Shown here in pieces: positions 10,680 through 18,457 of a stretch of DNA of 32,000 bases. The number at the start of each line of letters is the position of its first letter. The stretch's first letter is position 1. The stretch is from positions 720,001 through 752,000 of the forward strand of contig NC_004459.3 of NCBI RefSeq assembly GCF_000039765.1, in the 5' to 3' direction. The DNA comes from Vibrio vulnificus CMCP6. GTDB lineage: Bacteria > Pseudomonadota > Gammaproteobacteria > Enterobacterales > Vibrionaceae. The translations under genes were made by a program, and so were the position numbers. The notes under the pieces were generated by a model, which saw nothing but the letters and a program-made list of their open reading frames with translations, ran no database searches and was not told the origin of the DNA.

Positions 10680-12391
10680 AACTCAGGCCCCAAAGTGAAG
10701 TGCAAACGGAACTCATCCCCCGGCTTGGCGTCCAGCCCCCATGCGAAGTCGATGCGAATTGGGCCAACTGGCGAAGCCCAGCGAATGCCAAGCCCCGTCC
10801 CTGTTTTCCAATCAGGCGCATCATTAAAGGCATCACCATAATCAACAAAGGCAGCCGCCCACCAGTTACCATATAAGCGATACTGGTACTCTAGCGTACT
10901 GGTCGCAATGTACTGCGCCCCGGTTAAGGCACCACTGCTGTCTTTGGGTGAAATGGATTCGTAACCATAACCACGTAGGTTATTGTCACCACCGGCGAAG
11001 AAACGCAGCGAGGGCGAGAGCTTTTCAAATTCCTCGGTGAGATTGGCCCCCGCTTCAAGCCGTGCAAGACCACGATGATTCTCACCTAGGCTGCGAATCC
11101 AGGTGGTTCGGCCTTGCACGCGCAGCACTCGCGTTTCAGACAACAAATTGTCGTCACCATACTCAAAGGTAATACTCTGTTTGTCACCCCAGCTCGGCAT
11201 GCTGCCACCACGCACGCGACTGCGAGAAAAAGAGACGCCGGGCAAAACAAACTGTGCGACGTCGTCTTGCAAACCTTGTTCATAGTTTTCAATCAAATAA
11301 CGAACAAACACCGTTCTGTGCCAACGGTTGTCTAGCAACCAATGACGCTCAACGGCTAAGTTCGATTCCAAGCTTTTGGTGTCTCGGCTGTCGACGTGTT
11401 TCATCGCGTATTGAATGCGGTAGTAATCGTGCAACACATCTTCAAGCGGGATCTGATAACCCGCGGTCACGGTTTGTTCTGGTTTCGAGATCGACAAGCT
11501 GCTGTCAAAACTGTGGCCAAGTTCATTCACCCACGGTTTTTTCCATTTCAACGTACCGCGAAATTCAACGTCGGTGGCGTAACCAATACCCGTTTCAATC
11601 TGGTTTTTTGCTTGCGGAGCCAAGCTGACTTTCATCGGCAACTCGCGGGTATCATCAAGGGATGACAAATCAGGTTCGACGAATACCGATGAGAACCAAT
11701 CGGTGTTAGAGAGGTTTTGATTGTACTCCCCCACTTTGGCGACCAAATAGGGATCACCGGCTTTAAACGGTTGCAAGGAGCGCACTCGGTTTTCTTCAAT
11801 TTGACTGCCCGTAATGGTCGTTTGACCAAAGTGGTAACGCATCCCACTGTCGTAATGGAGGCGCACAAACGCTTGATTGAGATCGGCTGCGACCTCTAAA
11901 CGCGTTTCGATAAAATCGCCTTTAAAATAGCCTTTTTGCAGTGCGAGGTTACGTATTGAGGATTTGAGCGTGTCGTAGTCGCCATGATTTAAAATCGCCC
12001 CCTGTTTAAGCGGCGATTTTTCTAACAGTTGCAGGAAATCTTTGTCATTCGAGGCTTCCCCCTCAATGCGCACATCAAAGGTCTCAACTCTCACCGGTTC
12101 GCCCAGGGTGATATGGGCCGTCAGTTCTTCCTGATCGTCGCTGATTTGATAGTCAATCTGGGCATGATAGTAACCCAATGCGTTCAACGCGCCATTAATG
12201 ATGCCATCAAGACGAGATTGAAAACGCAACGAGGTGGAATAATCCTTTTCATCAATCGAGGTAAGGTGCGCCTCGATATTTTCCTCCACAGCACCGCTCA
12301 CCCCTTCCAAAGAGAGAGAAACTTGAGGTGCCGCAACAAGATTGCTGGCAAAAAGCGAGCTGACTAATAGTGGTAATACTTTTTTTATCAT
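10676..12391 (-). CDS. tamA: Translocation and assembly module outer-membrane subunit TamA (Omp85/BamA family)
   Basis: This 571-aa ORF has a signal peptide, POTRA-like N-terminus and an Omp85 barrel C-terminus (FFAGGDNNLRGYGYESISP ... GPIRIDFAWGL). It is divergent from msrA, as in E. coli. Confidence 0.93.
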   Translation of the reverse strand: MIKKVLPLLVSSLFASNLVAAPQVSLSLEGVSGAVEENIEAHLTSIDEKDYSTSLRFQSRLDGIINGALNALGYYHAQIDYQISDDQEELTAHITLGEPVRVETFDVRIEGEASNDKDFLQLLEKSPLKQGAILNHGDYDTLKSSIRNLALQKGYFKGDFIETRLEVAADLNQAFVRLHYDSGMRYHFGQTTITGSQIEENRVRSLQPFKAGDPYLVAKVGEYNQNLSNTDWFSSVFVEPDLSSLDDTRELPMKVSLAPQAKNQIETGIGYATDVEFRGTLKWKKPWVNELGHSFDSSLSISKPEQTVTAGYQIPLEDVLHDYYRIQYAMKHVDSRDTKSLESNLAVERHWLLDNRWHRTVFVRYLIENYEQGLQDDVAQFVLPGVSFSRSRVRGGSMPSWGDKQSITFEYGDDNLLSETRVLRVQGRTTWIRSLGENHRGLARLEAGANLTEEFEKLSPSLRFFAGGDNNLRGYGYESISPKDSSGALTGAQYIATSTLEYQYRLYGNWWAAAFVDYGDAFNDAPDWKTGTGLGIRWASPVGPIRIDFAWGLDAKPGDEFRLHFTLGPEL

Positions 12392-12622
12392 GCTTTAGTA
12401 CGTACAAAACAACGTCGGCTGACATCGAGGCTTTGCGGATATGAATGTGGTGTAGAATCGACACAACTCATAAGCAGACAAGTTGCGTTAAGCTGACGGT
12501 CTAAACTATCCTGCATCACCAGCTGAGACTGAGCTTGCAAGATAGCACCCGACCTACAAAGGGACAACCAGATTCCGTTTTTTGTTCGGAGTCATATCAC
12601 AGATGAATATAAGGGAAGAGAG

Positions 12623-13252
12623 ATGCTCAACAAACAAATCATGGTCGATGCCGATAACGCGCTAGCGGGCCGCCAAGAAGCAATGGCCGTAGAGCCTATT
12701 CATTTTGTCAACGGCAGTGATATCACTGCCTCTGCCACACAAGGACAACAAGAAATACTGTTCGGCATGGGCTGTTTTTGGGGGGCAGAACGCTTGTTTT
12801 GGCAACTCGATGGGGTGGTTTCAACGTCGGTTGGATACAGTGGTGGCTTTACGCTCAATCCCACCTACCAAGAAGTGTGCAGTGGTCAAACGGGCCATAC
12901 GGAAGTGGTGCGCGTGATCTTTGACCCGCAAGTATTGCCACTTGAGCAACTGCTGGAAAAATTTTGGGAACGTCACGATCCCACTCAAGGCATGCGCCAA
13001 GGCAACGATCTTGGCACGCAATATCGCTCTGCCATTTACACTTTCAGTGATCAACAGCTCGATATCGCCCTTGCTTCTCAGCAAGCCTATCAAGCGGCAT
13101 TGGCAAATCAACAACACAACACCATCACCACCGAGATCCGCCCCGCTGGACCTTATTTCTACGCAGAAACTTACCACCAGCAATATTTGGCCAAAAATCC
13201 AGAAGGCTATTGTGGTCTAGGCGGCACCGGTGTGTGCTTCCCGCCAGCCTAG
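12623..13252 (+). CDS. msrA: Peptide methionine-(S)-sulfoxide reductase
   Basis: This 209-aa ORF has the catalytic GMGCFWGAERLFW motif and GHTEVVRVIFDP. Confidence 0.95.
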   Translation: MLNKQIMVDADNALAGRQEAMAVEPIHFVNGSDITASATQGQQEILFGMGCFWGAERLFWQLDGVVSTSVGYSGGFTLNPTYQEVCSGQTGHTEVVRVIFDPQVLPLEQLLEKFWERHDPTQGMRQGNDLGTQYRSAIYTFSDQQLDIALASQQAYQAALANQQHNTITTEIRPAGPYFYAETYHQQYLAKNPEGYCGLGGTGVCFPPA

Positions 13253-13263
13253 TGTCAGCATCA

Positions 13264-13289
13264 AAGCGATCACCTCAGCGTGATCGCTT
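13264..13289 (+). terminator. Hairpin after msrA (probable terminator, weak T-tract)
   Basis: A perfect 10-bp stem pairs AAGCGATCAC (13264-13273) with GTGATCGCTT (13280-13289). It is followed by GCTTGAG, so there is no strong U-run. Confidence 0.45.
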
Positions 13290-13356
13290 GCTTGAGATCG
13301 CGAAGTGTCATTGCCCGCCAAGGTGCTAGGTGTTTTAGCTTCACGTTGAATGTAGA

Positions 13357-13566
13357 CTACGCGGCAGCCAAAGACAGAGCGTTGATCTCTGCGTTGACTT
13401 CACGATAGACAGACAATTTTTGTGTATTGTGAGTATCAGGCAACAGCACTTTGCCGTTGTCGAATTCAAACTCCCCAATGCCATTGATGGAAAAAGAACC
13501 TTTGAAAAGGGTTTTAACAAATCGAGCCACTTGACGTGGACGATAGACAGCAAACTCGCGCAACAT
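13357..13566 (-). CDS. ytfK: DUF1107 protein YtfK
   Basis: The sequence MLREFAVYRPRQVARFVKTLFKGSFSINGIGEFEFDNGKVLLP...LSVYREVN is colinear with E. coli YtfK (recalled sequence). I place the start at the ATG at 13566 (GAGG upstream); the track start 13572 is a TTG. Confidence 0.8.
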   Translation of the reverse strand: MLREFAVYRPRQVARFVKTLFKGSFSINGIGEFEFDNGKVLLPDTHNTQKLSVYREVNAEINALSLAAA

Positions 13567-13898
13567 AAGCAAACCTCAACTTCCGTATCAGTTAATGTGA
13601 CGGGCAAAGAGCACGTCACCCATGCCTTTTGGCATTCCTTGTTTAGCTCACTCTAAGGCGAGATCCTCTCACCTCAGCTTGGCCATTTTATTTGTCGTTG
13701 ACTCATTAGCGTTCACTAATGAATGAAAAAAGCATACCTCAGAGTGATGGAGAGTTAAACTCATTAACGCCATTTTTGTTAAAAAAATGTTATTTACAAC
13801 CAGATATTTTTGCCAACAGCGTATTATACTCAGCCAGCACAAGATAAAATGCACTCTGCTCTTAATGAACGGAGTTTCAGATACATAAGGATAAATCG

Positions 13899-14450
13899 AT
13901 GAAACGAAAGACTCTCCTCACTCTGGCACTGCTTAGTGCTTCTTTTGGTGCAGCAGCACACAACCTCTCTCTAGGCAACCCAGTCCCTAGCGTCAGTGTG
14001 GCCTCGTATGGCGAAATTGTGCTGCAAGGAAAAGGCACCGCCTTTCAACCTTGGGCTTCTTCACAAATGCTCGGTAAAGTTCGCGTGATTCAAGCTATTG
14101 CGGGTCGCAGCAGCTCAAAAGAGATGAATGCGCCGCTGATGCAAGCCATTACTGCCGCACAGTTTTCAGCGGATCATTACCAAACCACCACCATCATCAA
14201 TCAAGATGACGCGATTTGGGGCACGGGATCGTTTGTCAAATCTTCAGCGCAAGACAGCAAGAAAGAGTTCCCTTGGTCATCAATGGTGTTAGACGAAAAT
14301 GGCGTGGTGGCCAGCAGTTGGCAACTGGATAAAGAGAGCTCTGCGATCATCGTACAAGACAAGCAAGGCAAAGTGCTGTTTGTCAAAGAAGGGGCACTTT
14401 CAAGCGATGACATCACTCAAGTCCTTGAGTTAATCAAAGCTAACATTTAA
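13899..14450 (+). CDS. ytfJ: Periplasmic YtfJ family protein
   Basis: This 183-aa ORF has a signal peptide (LLSASFGAAA|H). Its size and its position divergent from ytfK match E. coli ytfJ. TAAGGA is the SD. Confidence 0.75.
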   Translation: MKRKTLLTLALLSASFGAAAHNLSLGNPVPSVSVASYGEIVLQGKGTAFQPWASSQMLGKVRVIQAIAGRSSSKEMNAPLMQAITAAQFSADHYQTTTIINQDDAIWGTGSFVKSSAQDSKKEFPWSSMVLDENGVVASSWQLDKESSAIIVQDKQGKVLFVKEGALSSDDITQVLELIKANI

Positions 14451-14468
14451 TTGCTTTTCTTCATCAAT

Positions 14469-14506
14469 AAAACCCATACACTCCATCGGTATGGGTTTTA
14501 TTTTTT
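14469..14506 (+). terminator. Rho-independent terminator of ytfJ
   Basis: An 11-bp perfect stem pairs AAAACCCATAC (14469-14479) with GTATGGGTTTT (14489-14499). ATTTTTT follows. Confidence 0.85.
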
Positions 14507-14543
14507 GTACGCTTTTTGACAAAAAGAGTGAACTTTGCGGCTG

Positions 14544-14569
14544 AATAGCTGTTATATTGTAACACTTTC
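14544..14569. promoter_or_regulatory. Zur box (zinc uptake regulator operator) overlapping a likely -10
   Basis: TGTTATA-T-TGTAACA at 14550-14564 is a 7-1-7 near-palindrome with one mismatch. With its flanks (aatagcTGTTATATTGTAACActttc) it resembles the gammaproteobacterial Zur consensus GAAATGTTATAnTATAACATTTC. It lies 24 nt upstream of the first ORF of a zinc-uptake cluster. Confidence 0.7.
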
Positions 14570-14587
14570 AAATGTCTCAATCGGTTT

Positions 14588-14881
14588 ATGCAACACAATC
14601 TTAGCCTCCCTTTCATGACTTTGCGCCACACTGCGATCTTTGCGGTGGTACTCAGCGTGTTTTTGAGCTTTGCCAGCATTGCCCATGACTTTGACTTTAA
14701 TGCCGAGCACCACAACAGCCATCACTGCCAACTGTTTGCCAATGCCCATCATGGTGTTAACCAAGCAGCAATTAGCGTCCCCGTTTTGGTGCCCGAATAC
14801 GCACAACCGCAACCCGTTACAGCAATTGCACCTTATCAACCAACCAGGGCCTATTTGGCGCGTTCTCCTCCCTTCAACTAA
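14588..14881 (+). CDS. Small secreted His/Cys-rich protein (DUF2607-like), first ORF after the Zur box
   Basis: This 97-aa ORF has a signal-peptide-like N-terminus (RHTAIFAVVLSVFLSFASIA|HD). The predicted mature start is HDFDFNAEHHNSHHCQLFANAHHG, with 8 His and 1 Cys in 24 residues. It ends 45 nt before zrgA on the same strand. No clear SD is visible, and an alternative start is the ATG at 14615. Confidence 0.6.
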   Translation: MQHNLSLPFMTLRHTAIFAVVLSVFLSFASIAHDFDFNAEHHNSHHCQLFANAHHGVNQAAISVPVLVPEYAQPQPVTAIAPYQPTRAYLARSPPFN

Positions 14882-14926
14882 ATAAGTCTATAAGTATTTC
14901 AATTTAGTTTATTAAGGATTAGAACC

Positions 14927-15580
14927 ATGCTACGCAAAACTTCTCTCGCCATTTTGGTTGGGCTTTCTTTTTCCGCTCTCGCGTCTGCGCAAGAGGGCTT
15001 TCGTCAACACGATGCTCACGTACACGGTCAGGTCGAATTTAATATCGCCCAAGACGGCCATGATCTTCTGCTCGAAATCACCGCTCCGGGGGCCGATGTC
15101 GTCGGTTTTGAACACGCTCCAGAAAACACAGAGCAAGAAAATCAACTTAAGGCCGCAGTGGAAAAACTCTCTCAAGCCGACTTGATGGTTCAAATCAATG
15201 AAGCCGCCAAATGCACGATTGAGAATGTATCGGTAACACACACCTTAGGCGGTGAAGAGCACGATGACCATGAGCATCATGATGACCACAAACACCATGA
15301 TGACCACAAACACCATGATGACCACGAACACCATGACGACCACGAACACCATGATGACCACAAACACCATGATGACCACGGACATGAGCACGATGGTCAT
15401 GGGGCTTTTACCGTCGAGTACCAATATCACTGTGACAATGTGGCAGCGTTGAATGCACTTGAAACCGATTGGTTTAAACAATTCCCTGCGACTCAAGCTA
15501 TTCAGGCCAATGTTCTAACGGACAAAGTACAAAGTGCCCTTGCCTTGTCACCAGCACACAACACAGTCTCATTGAAATAA
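14927..15580 (+). CDS. zrgA: Zinc-regulated periplasmic zinc-binding protein ZrgA (DUF2796-type, long His-rich loop)
   Basis: This 217-aa ORF has a signal peptide (LSFSALASA|QE) and conserved HDAHVHG / GFEHAP motifs. It carries a roughly 50-residue HDDH[K/E]H repeat tract. AAGGA is the SD, and ABC ATPase and permease genes follow. The name follows the V. cholerae zrg locus as I recall it. Confidence 0.8.
   Translation: MLRKTSLAILVGLSFSALASAQEGFRQHDAHVHGQVEFNIAQDGHDLLLEITAPGADVVGFEHAPENTEQENQLKAAVEKLSQADLMVQINEAAKCTIENVSVTHTLGGEEHDDHEHHDDHKHHDDHKHHDDHEHHDDHEHHDDHKHHDDHGHEHDGHGAFTVEYQYHCDNVAALNALETDWFKQFPATQAIQANVLTDKVQSALALSPAHNTVSLK
15260..15385 (+). repeat. Seven tandem 18-bp in-frame repeats (CAT GAT GAC CAC AAA/GAA CAC) encoding HDDH[K/E/G]H inside zrgA
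   Basis: Direct reading gives HDDHEH, HDDHKH, HDDHKH, HDDHEH, HDDHEH, HDDHKH, HDDHGH. Units differ by only 1-3 nt. Confidence 0.95.
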
Positions 15581-15591
15581 CGGCCAAGCTC

Positions 15592-15617
15592 AGCAGGTAA
15601 GTGGTTACTTACCTGCT
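15592..15617 (+). terminator. Intra-operon hairpin after zrgA (possible partial terminator or attenuator)
   Basis: A perfect 11-bp stem pairs AGCAGGTAAGT (15592-15602) with ACTTACCTGCT (15607-15617) around the loop GGTT. ATTCTTCT follows. It lies between the zrgA stop (15580) and the zrgB ATG (15647). Confidence 0.55.
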
Positions 15618-15646
15618 ATTCTTCTCCACTCAATAGGGTAAATGTT

Positions 15647-16351
15647 ATGGTGAACACTTCGCCTGCCGTCATTGAACTACAGCAAGTCTCTTTTACGTGG
15701 AAAGAGGCTACCCAGCCTATCCTGCAGATACCGCATTTTTCCGTTGCTCGCGGTGAGCATGTTTTTATTAAAGGCCCTAGTGGTTGTGGCAAGTCCACAC
15801 TGCTGAGTCTATTAACCGGCATCAACCAAGTACAATCTGGTCAACTCACGATTCTCGGTACAGAACTGGCCGCACTGTCTCCCAGTCAACGAGATAAGTT
15901 TCGCGCCGACAATATCGGTTATATCTTCCAGCAATTTAATCTATTGCCATATCTCAATGTATTGGAGAACGTTTTGCTGCCTTGCCAGTTCTCTCGCACA
16001 CGCGCAACCCATGTGGAAGGCGATGCCCGAGCGAAAGCGGCGCAGTTGCTTACTCGCCTCCATTTACCGCAATCGCTGCATCTCAAATCGGTCAGTGAAC
16101 TGAGTATCGGGCAACAACAACGCGTTGCGGCGGCACGTGCGTTAATCGGTGCACCGGCTCTAGTGATTGCAGATGAACCAACGTCAGCACTGGATTTCGA
16201 CAATCGCAGCGCCTTTATCGAACTGTTGATGGAACAAGCCAACGCTGCCAATGCCACCTTGGTGTTTGTCAGTCACGATCCCACCTTGGAACGTCTTTTT
16301 GACCGTACAGTGGATCTACGTCAACTCAACCAAGCAGGAGAAGCCTCATGA
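15647..16351 (+). CDS. zrgB: ABC transporter ATP-binding protein, MacB/LolD-like (zrg cluster)
   Basis: This 234-aa ORF has Walker A GPSGCGKST, the signature LSIGQQQRVAAARAL and Walker B LVIADEPTSALD. It overlaps the permease gene (ATGA at 16348-16351). Confidence 0.85.
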   Translation: MVNTSPAVIELQQVSFTWKEATQPILQIPHFSVARGEHVFIKGPSGCGKSTLLSLLTGINQVQSGQLTILGTELAALSPSQRDKFRADNIGYIFQQFNLLPYLNVLENVLLPCQFSRTRATHVEGDARAKAAQLLTRLHLPQSLHLKSVSELSIGQQQRVAAARALIGAPALVIADEPTSALDFDNRSAFIELLMEQANAANATLVFVSHDPTLERLFDRTVDLRQLNQAGEAS

Positions 16352-17607
16352 GCGCAACGATGACCTTAGCTTGGAAAAGCTTACGGAATCGCAAAGCCAC
16401 CGCCTTTTTGACCGTGCTAACGGTGGCGATCTCGGTCATTCTGCTGTTGGGGGTCGAGAAAATTCGCACGCAAGCCAAAGAGAGTTTTGCCAATACCATT
16501 TCAGGTACCGATCTCATCGTCGGCGGACGTTCTGGCCAAGTAAACCTCTTACTGTATTCGGTATTTCGCATCGGCAATGCCACCAACAATATTGACTGGA
16601 AGAGCTATCAAGATTTTGCCAACCATCGTGCTGTAGCGTGGGCTATCCCGATCTCATTGGGCGATTCTCATAAAGGCTTTCGCGTGATGGGGACCAACCA
16701 CAGCTACTTTGAACATTTCAAATACGGCAGTAAGCAACCACTCACGTTTTCTCAGGGCAAACCGTTCAATGGCTTGTTTGAGACGGTACTCGGTGCCGAT
16801 GTGGCGAAACAACTGGGCTATCAGATCGGCAGTGAAATCATCATTGCTCACGGCATCAGTGACGTCGGTTTTAGCCGCCATGACAATTTGCCATTTAAAG
16901 TGGTCGGCATCCTAGCGCCAACAGGCACCCCCGTCGACAAAACGGTGCACGTTTCACTTGAAGCCATTGAAGCGATCCATGTCGGTTGGGAATCGGGCGC
17001 TCGACTCGGCCCTTCCCCCGATGCCACTCAATTGGAACAAAAACAATTTCAGCCCAAACAGATCACCGCGATGATGCTCGGGTTGAAATCGCGCATCCAA
17101 ACCTTCGCACTGCAACGTGAAATCAACACCTACAATCAAGAGCCGCTCAGCGCCATCATGCCTGGCGTGGCGCTGCATGAGCTATGGGGCATGATGTCTG
17201 TCGCCGAACAAGCCTTAATGGCCGTTTCGGTATTCGTTGTCATTGCCGGGTTGCTTGGCATGCTCAGCAGCTTGCTCACCAGCTTACAAGAGCGTCGCCG
17301 TGAGATGGCCATCCTACGCGCAATGGGAGCAAGGCCTCGTCATGTTTTCACGCTATTGATAAGCGAAGCCAGCTTACTGACACTGGCAGGTATCGTCACT
17401 GGAGTGGCGGGGGTGTACGGATTACTGTCGATTGCGCAGCCAATCATTCAACAACAATACGGCATTAACATCACTATGACGGCGATTTCTCCTCATGAAT
17501 GGATGTTACTCGCCTTCGTTCAAACTGCAGGCATCCTCATCGGTTTTATCCCTGCAATCAGAGCTTATAAACAATCACTCAGTGATGGAATGACCATAAG
17601 GATTTAA
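16348..17607 (+). CDS. zrgC: FtsX/MacB-type ABC permease (zrg cluster)
   Basis: This 419-aa ORF has TM1, a roughly 220-aa periplasmic domain and three C-terminal TM helices. The FtsX-domain pattern is present (LQERRREMAILRAMGARPRHVF...). Confidence 0.85.
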   Translation: MSATMTLAWKSLRNRKATAFLTVLTVAISVILLLGVEKIRTQAKESFANTISGTDLIVGGRSGQVNLLLYSVFRIGNATNNIDWKSYQDFANHRAVAWAIPISLGDSHKGFRVMGTNHSYFEHFKYGSKQPLTFSQGKPFNGLFETVLGADVAKQLGYQIGSEIIIAHGISDVGFSRHDNLPFKVVGILAPTGTPVDKTVHVSLEAIEAIHVGWESGARLGPSPDATQLEQKQFQPKQITAMMLGLKSRIQTFALQREINTYNQEPLSAIMPGVALHELWGMMSVAEQALMAVSVFVVIAGLLGMLSSLLTSLQERRREMAILRAMGARPRHVFTLLISEASLLTLAGIVTGVAGVYGLLSIAQPIIQQQYGINITMTAISPHEWMLLAFVQTAGILIGFIPAIRAYKQSLSDGMTIRI

Positions 17608-17611
17608 CGTC

Positions 17612-18109
17612 ATGAAACGTAGACTCACTCTGTTTTTAACGCTGATTTTTGCCGCTTGGCTGCCTGTGCAAGCCATCGCGCAACAAGTCACCACTTTAGA
17701 TTGGATCGATTTGGTCCCCGAGCAAGAGCGTAAAATGTTCGACAGTGTCGGAATGCCCGCCGCCGATCACTCCGGTACGGCCGCCGCCCAATCCAAAGTT
17801 GGCGGTGTTCGCCCTGAACTCAACAACAAAAAAGTTAAGATCCCAGGCTTTGTGATTCCGCTTGAAGGGGATGCCAACAAAGTAACAGAGTTTCTGTTGG
17901 TGCCGTACTTTGGTGCGTGTATTCACGTACCACCACCACCACCAAACCAAATTATTTATGTGAAGTTTCCAAAAGGCGCTCCCGTTCAGGAGCTGTGGGA
18001 TGTGATTTATCTGGTGGGTACCTTAAAAACCGAAACCGTCAGCCATGAATTGGCAGAAACGGCTTATGTGATCGAAGGTGATGCCATTGAGCCTTATGAC
18101 GACATGTAA
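17612..18109 (+). CDS. zrgD: DUF3299 periplasmic protein (zrg cluster)
   Basis: This 165-aa ORF has a signal peptide (AAWLPVQAIA|QQ) and the hallmark FLLVPYFGACIHVPPPPPNQ. It starts 4 nt after the permease stop, with TAAGGA as SD. The symbol is assigned by gene order and is less certain than zrgA-C. Confidence 0.75.
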   Translation: MKRRLTLFLTLIFAAWLPVQAIAQQVTTLDWIDLVPEQERKMFDSVGMPAADHSGTAAAQSKVGGVRPELNNKKVKIPGFVIPLEGDANKVTEFLLVPYFGACIHVPPPPPNQIIYVKFPKGAPVQELWDVIYLVGTLKTETVSHELAETAYVIEGDAIEPYDDM

Positions 18110-18457
18110 TCACGATTAACATTTACACAACCTGTCAATCGTTCTCTCTCAAGCAATGAATTTAGATAAATAAATTAACGTTGCTAGGTAAGCCACCAAG
18201 AGTAGCGCGATTGATAGGTGCTTTTTCAGCTTATTCTCTCCGAAGTACTTCATAGTTCCCTCACAAAACACCGCAACAATTTTAACAACTTATTATCATT
18301 TGGCATAGTCTATTGCACAGTTAATTTGCGATTTTCTCCGCGAACAGGACAATATCTCGCCATGATCCAGCAGAGTGTGAGGCGTGAATCTTGCAGTCTG
18401 CTTCTGATTGCAGGTACATTGAGAGCTTAGCCAGCGAAAAGATGAAAGGAAAACCCC

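Noticed and set aside
12519-12537. CCAGCTGAGACTGAGCTTG in the msrA leader, containing the CUGAGA motif seen in THI boxes.
   Set aside because: No accompanying ACCUGA...GCCAGCG element or other riboswitch architecture is present. It is just a short palindromic stretch.
13585-13604. Pho-box-like sequence (minus strand CCGTCAC-ATTA-ACTGATAC) upstream of ytfK.
   Set aside because: It matches only about 5/7 per half-site with off spacing. It also sits too close to the ytfK start codon (about 20-35 nt) to serve as a -35-replacing PhoB site.
13669-13854. A 61-aa ORF in the ytfK-ytfJ intergenic region.
   Set aside because: It is AT-rich with no SD, has implausible composition, and overlaps the probable promoter regions.
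14552-14839. A 95-aa Cys-rich ORF antisense to the small His-rich ORF, as an alternative coding assignment.
   Set aside because: The plus-strand ORF is co-oriented with and 45 nt from zrgA. It is preceded by the Zur box and has a signal-peptide plus His-rich architecture. The antisense ORF would run into the ytfJ terminator region and has no SD.
15245-15496. An 83-aa minus-strand ORF (MVFVVIMVFVV...) and a 66-aa plus-strand ORF (NTMMTTNTMMTT...). I also checked whether the 18-bp repeats could be a CRISPR-like array.
   Set aside because: Both ORFs are alternative-frame readings of the zrgA His-codon tandem repeat. The repeats are contiguous with no spacers and are in frame within a well-supported gene.
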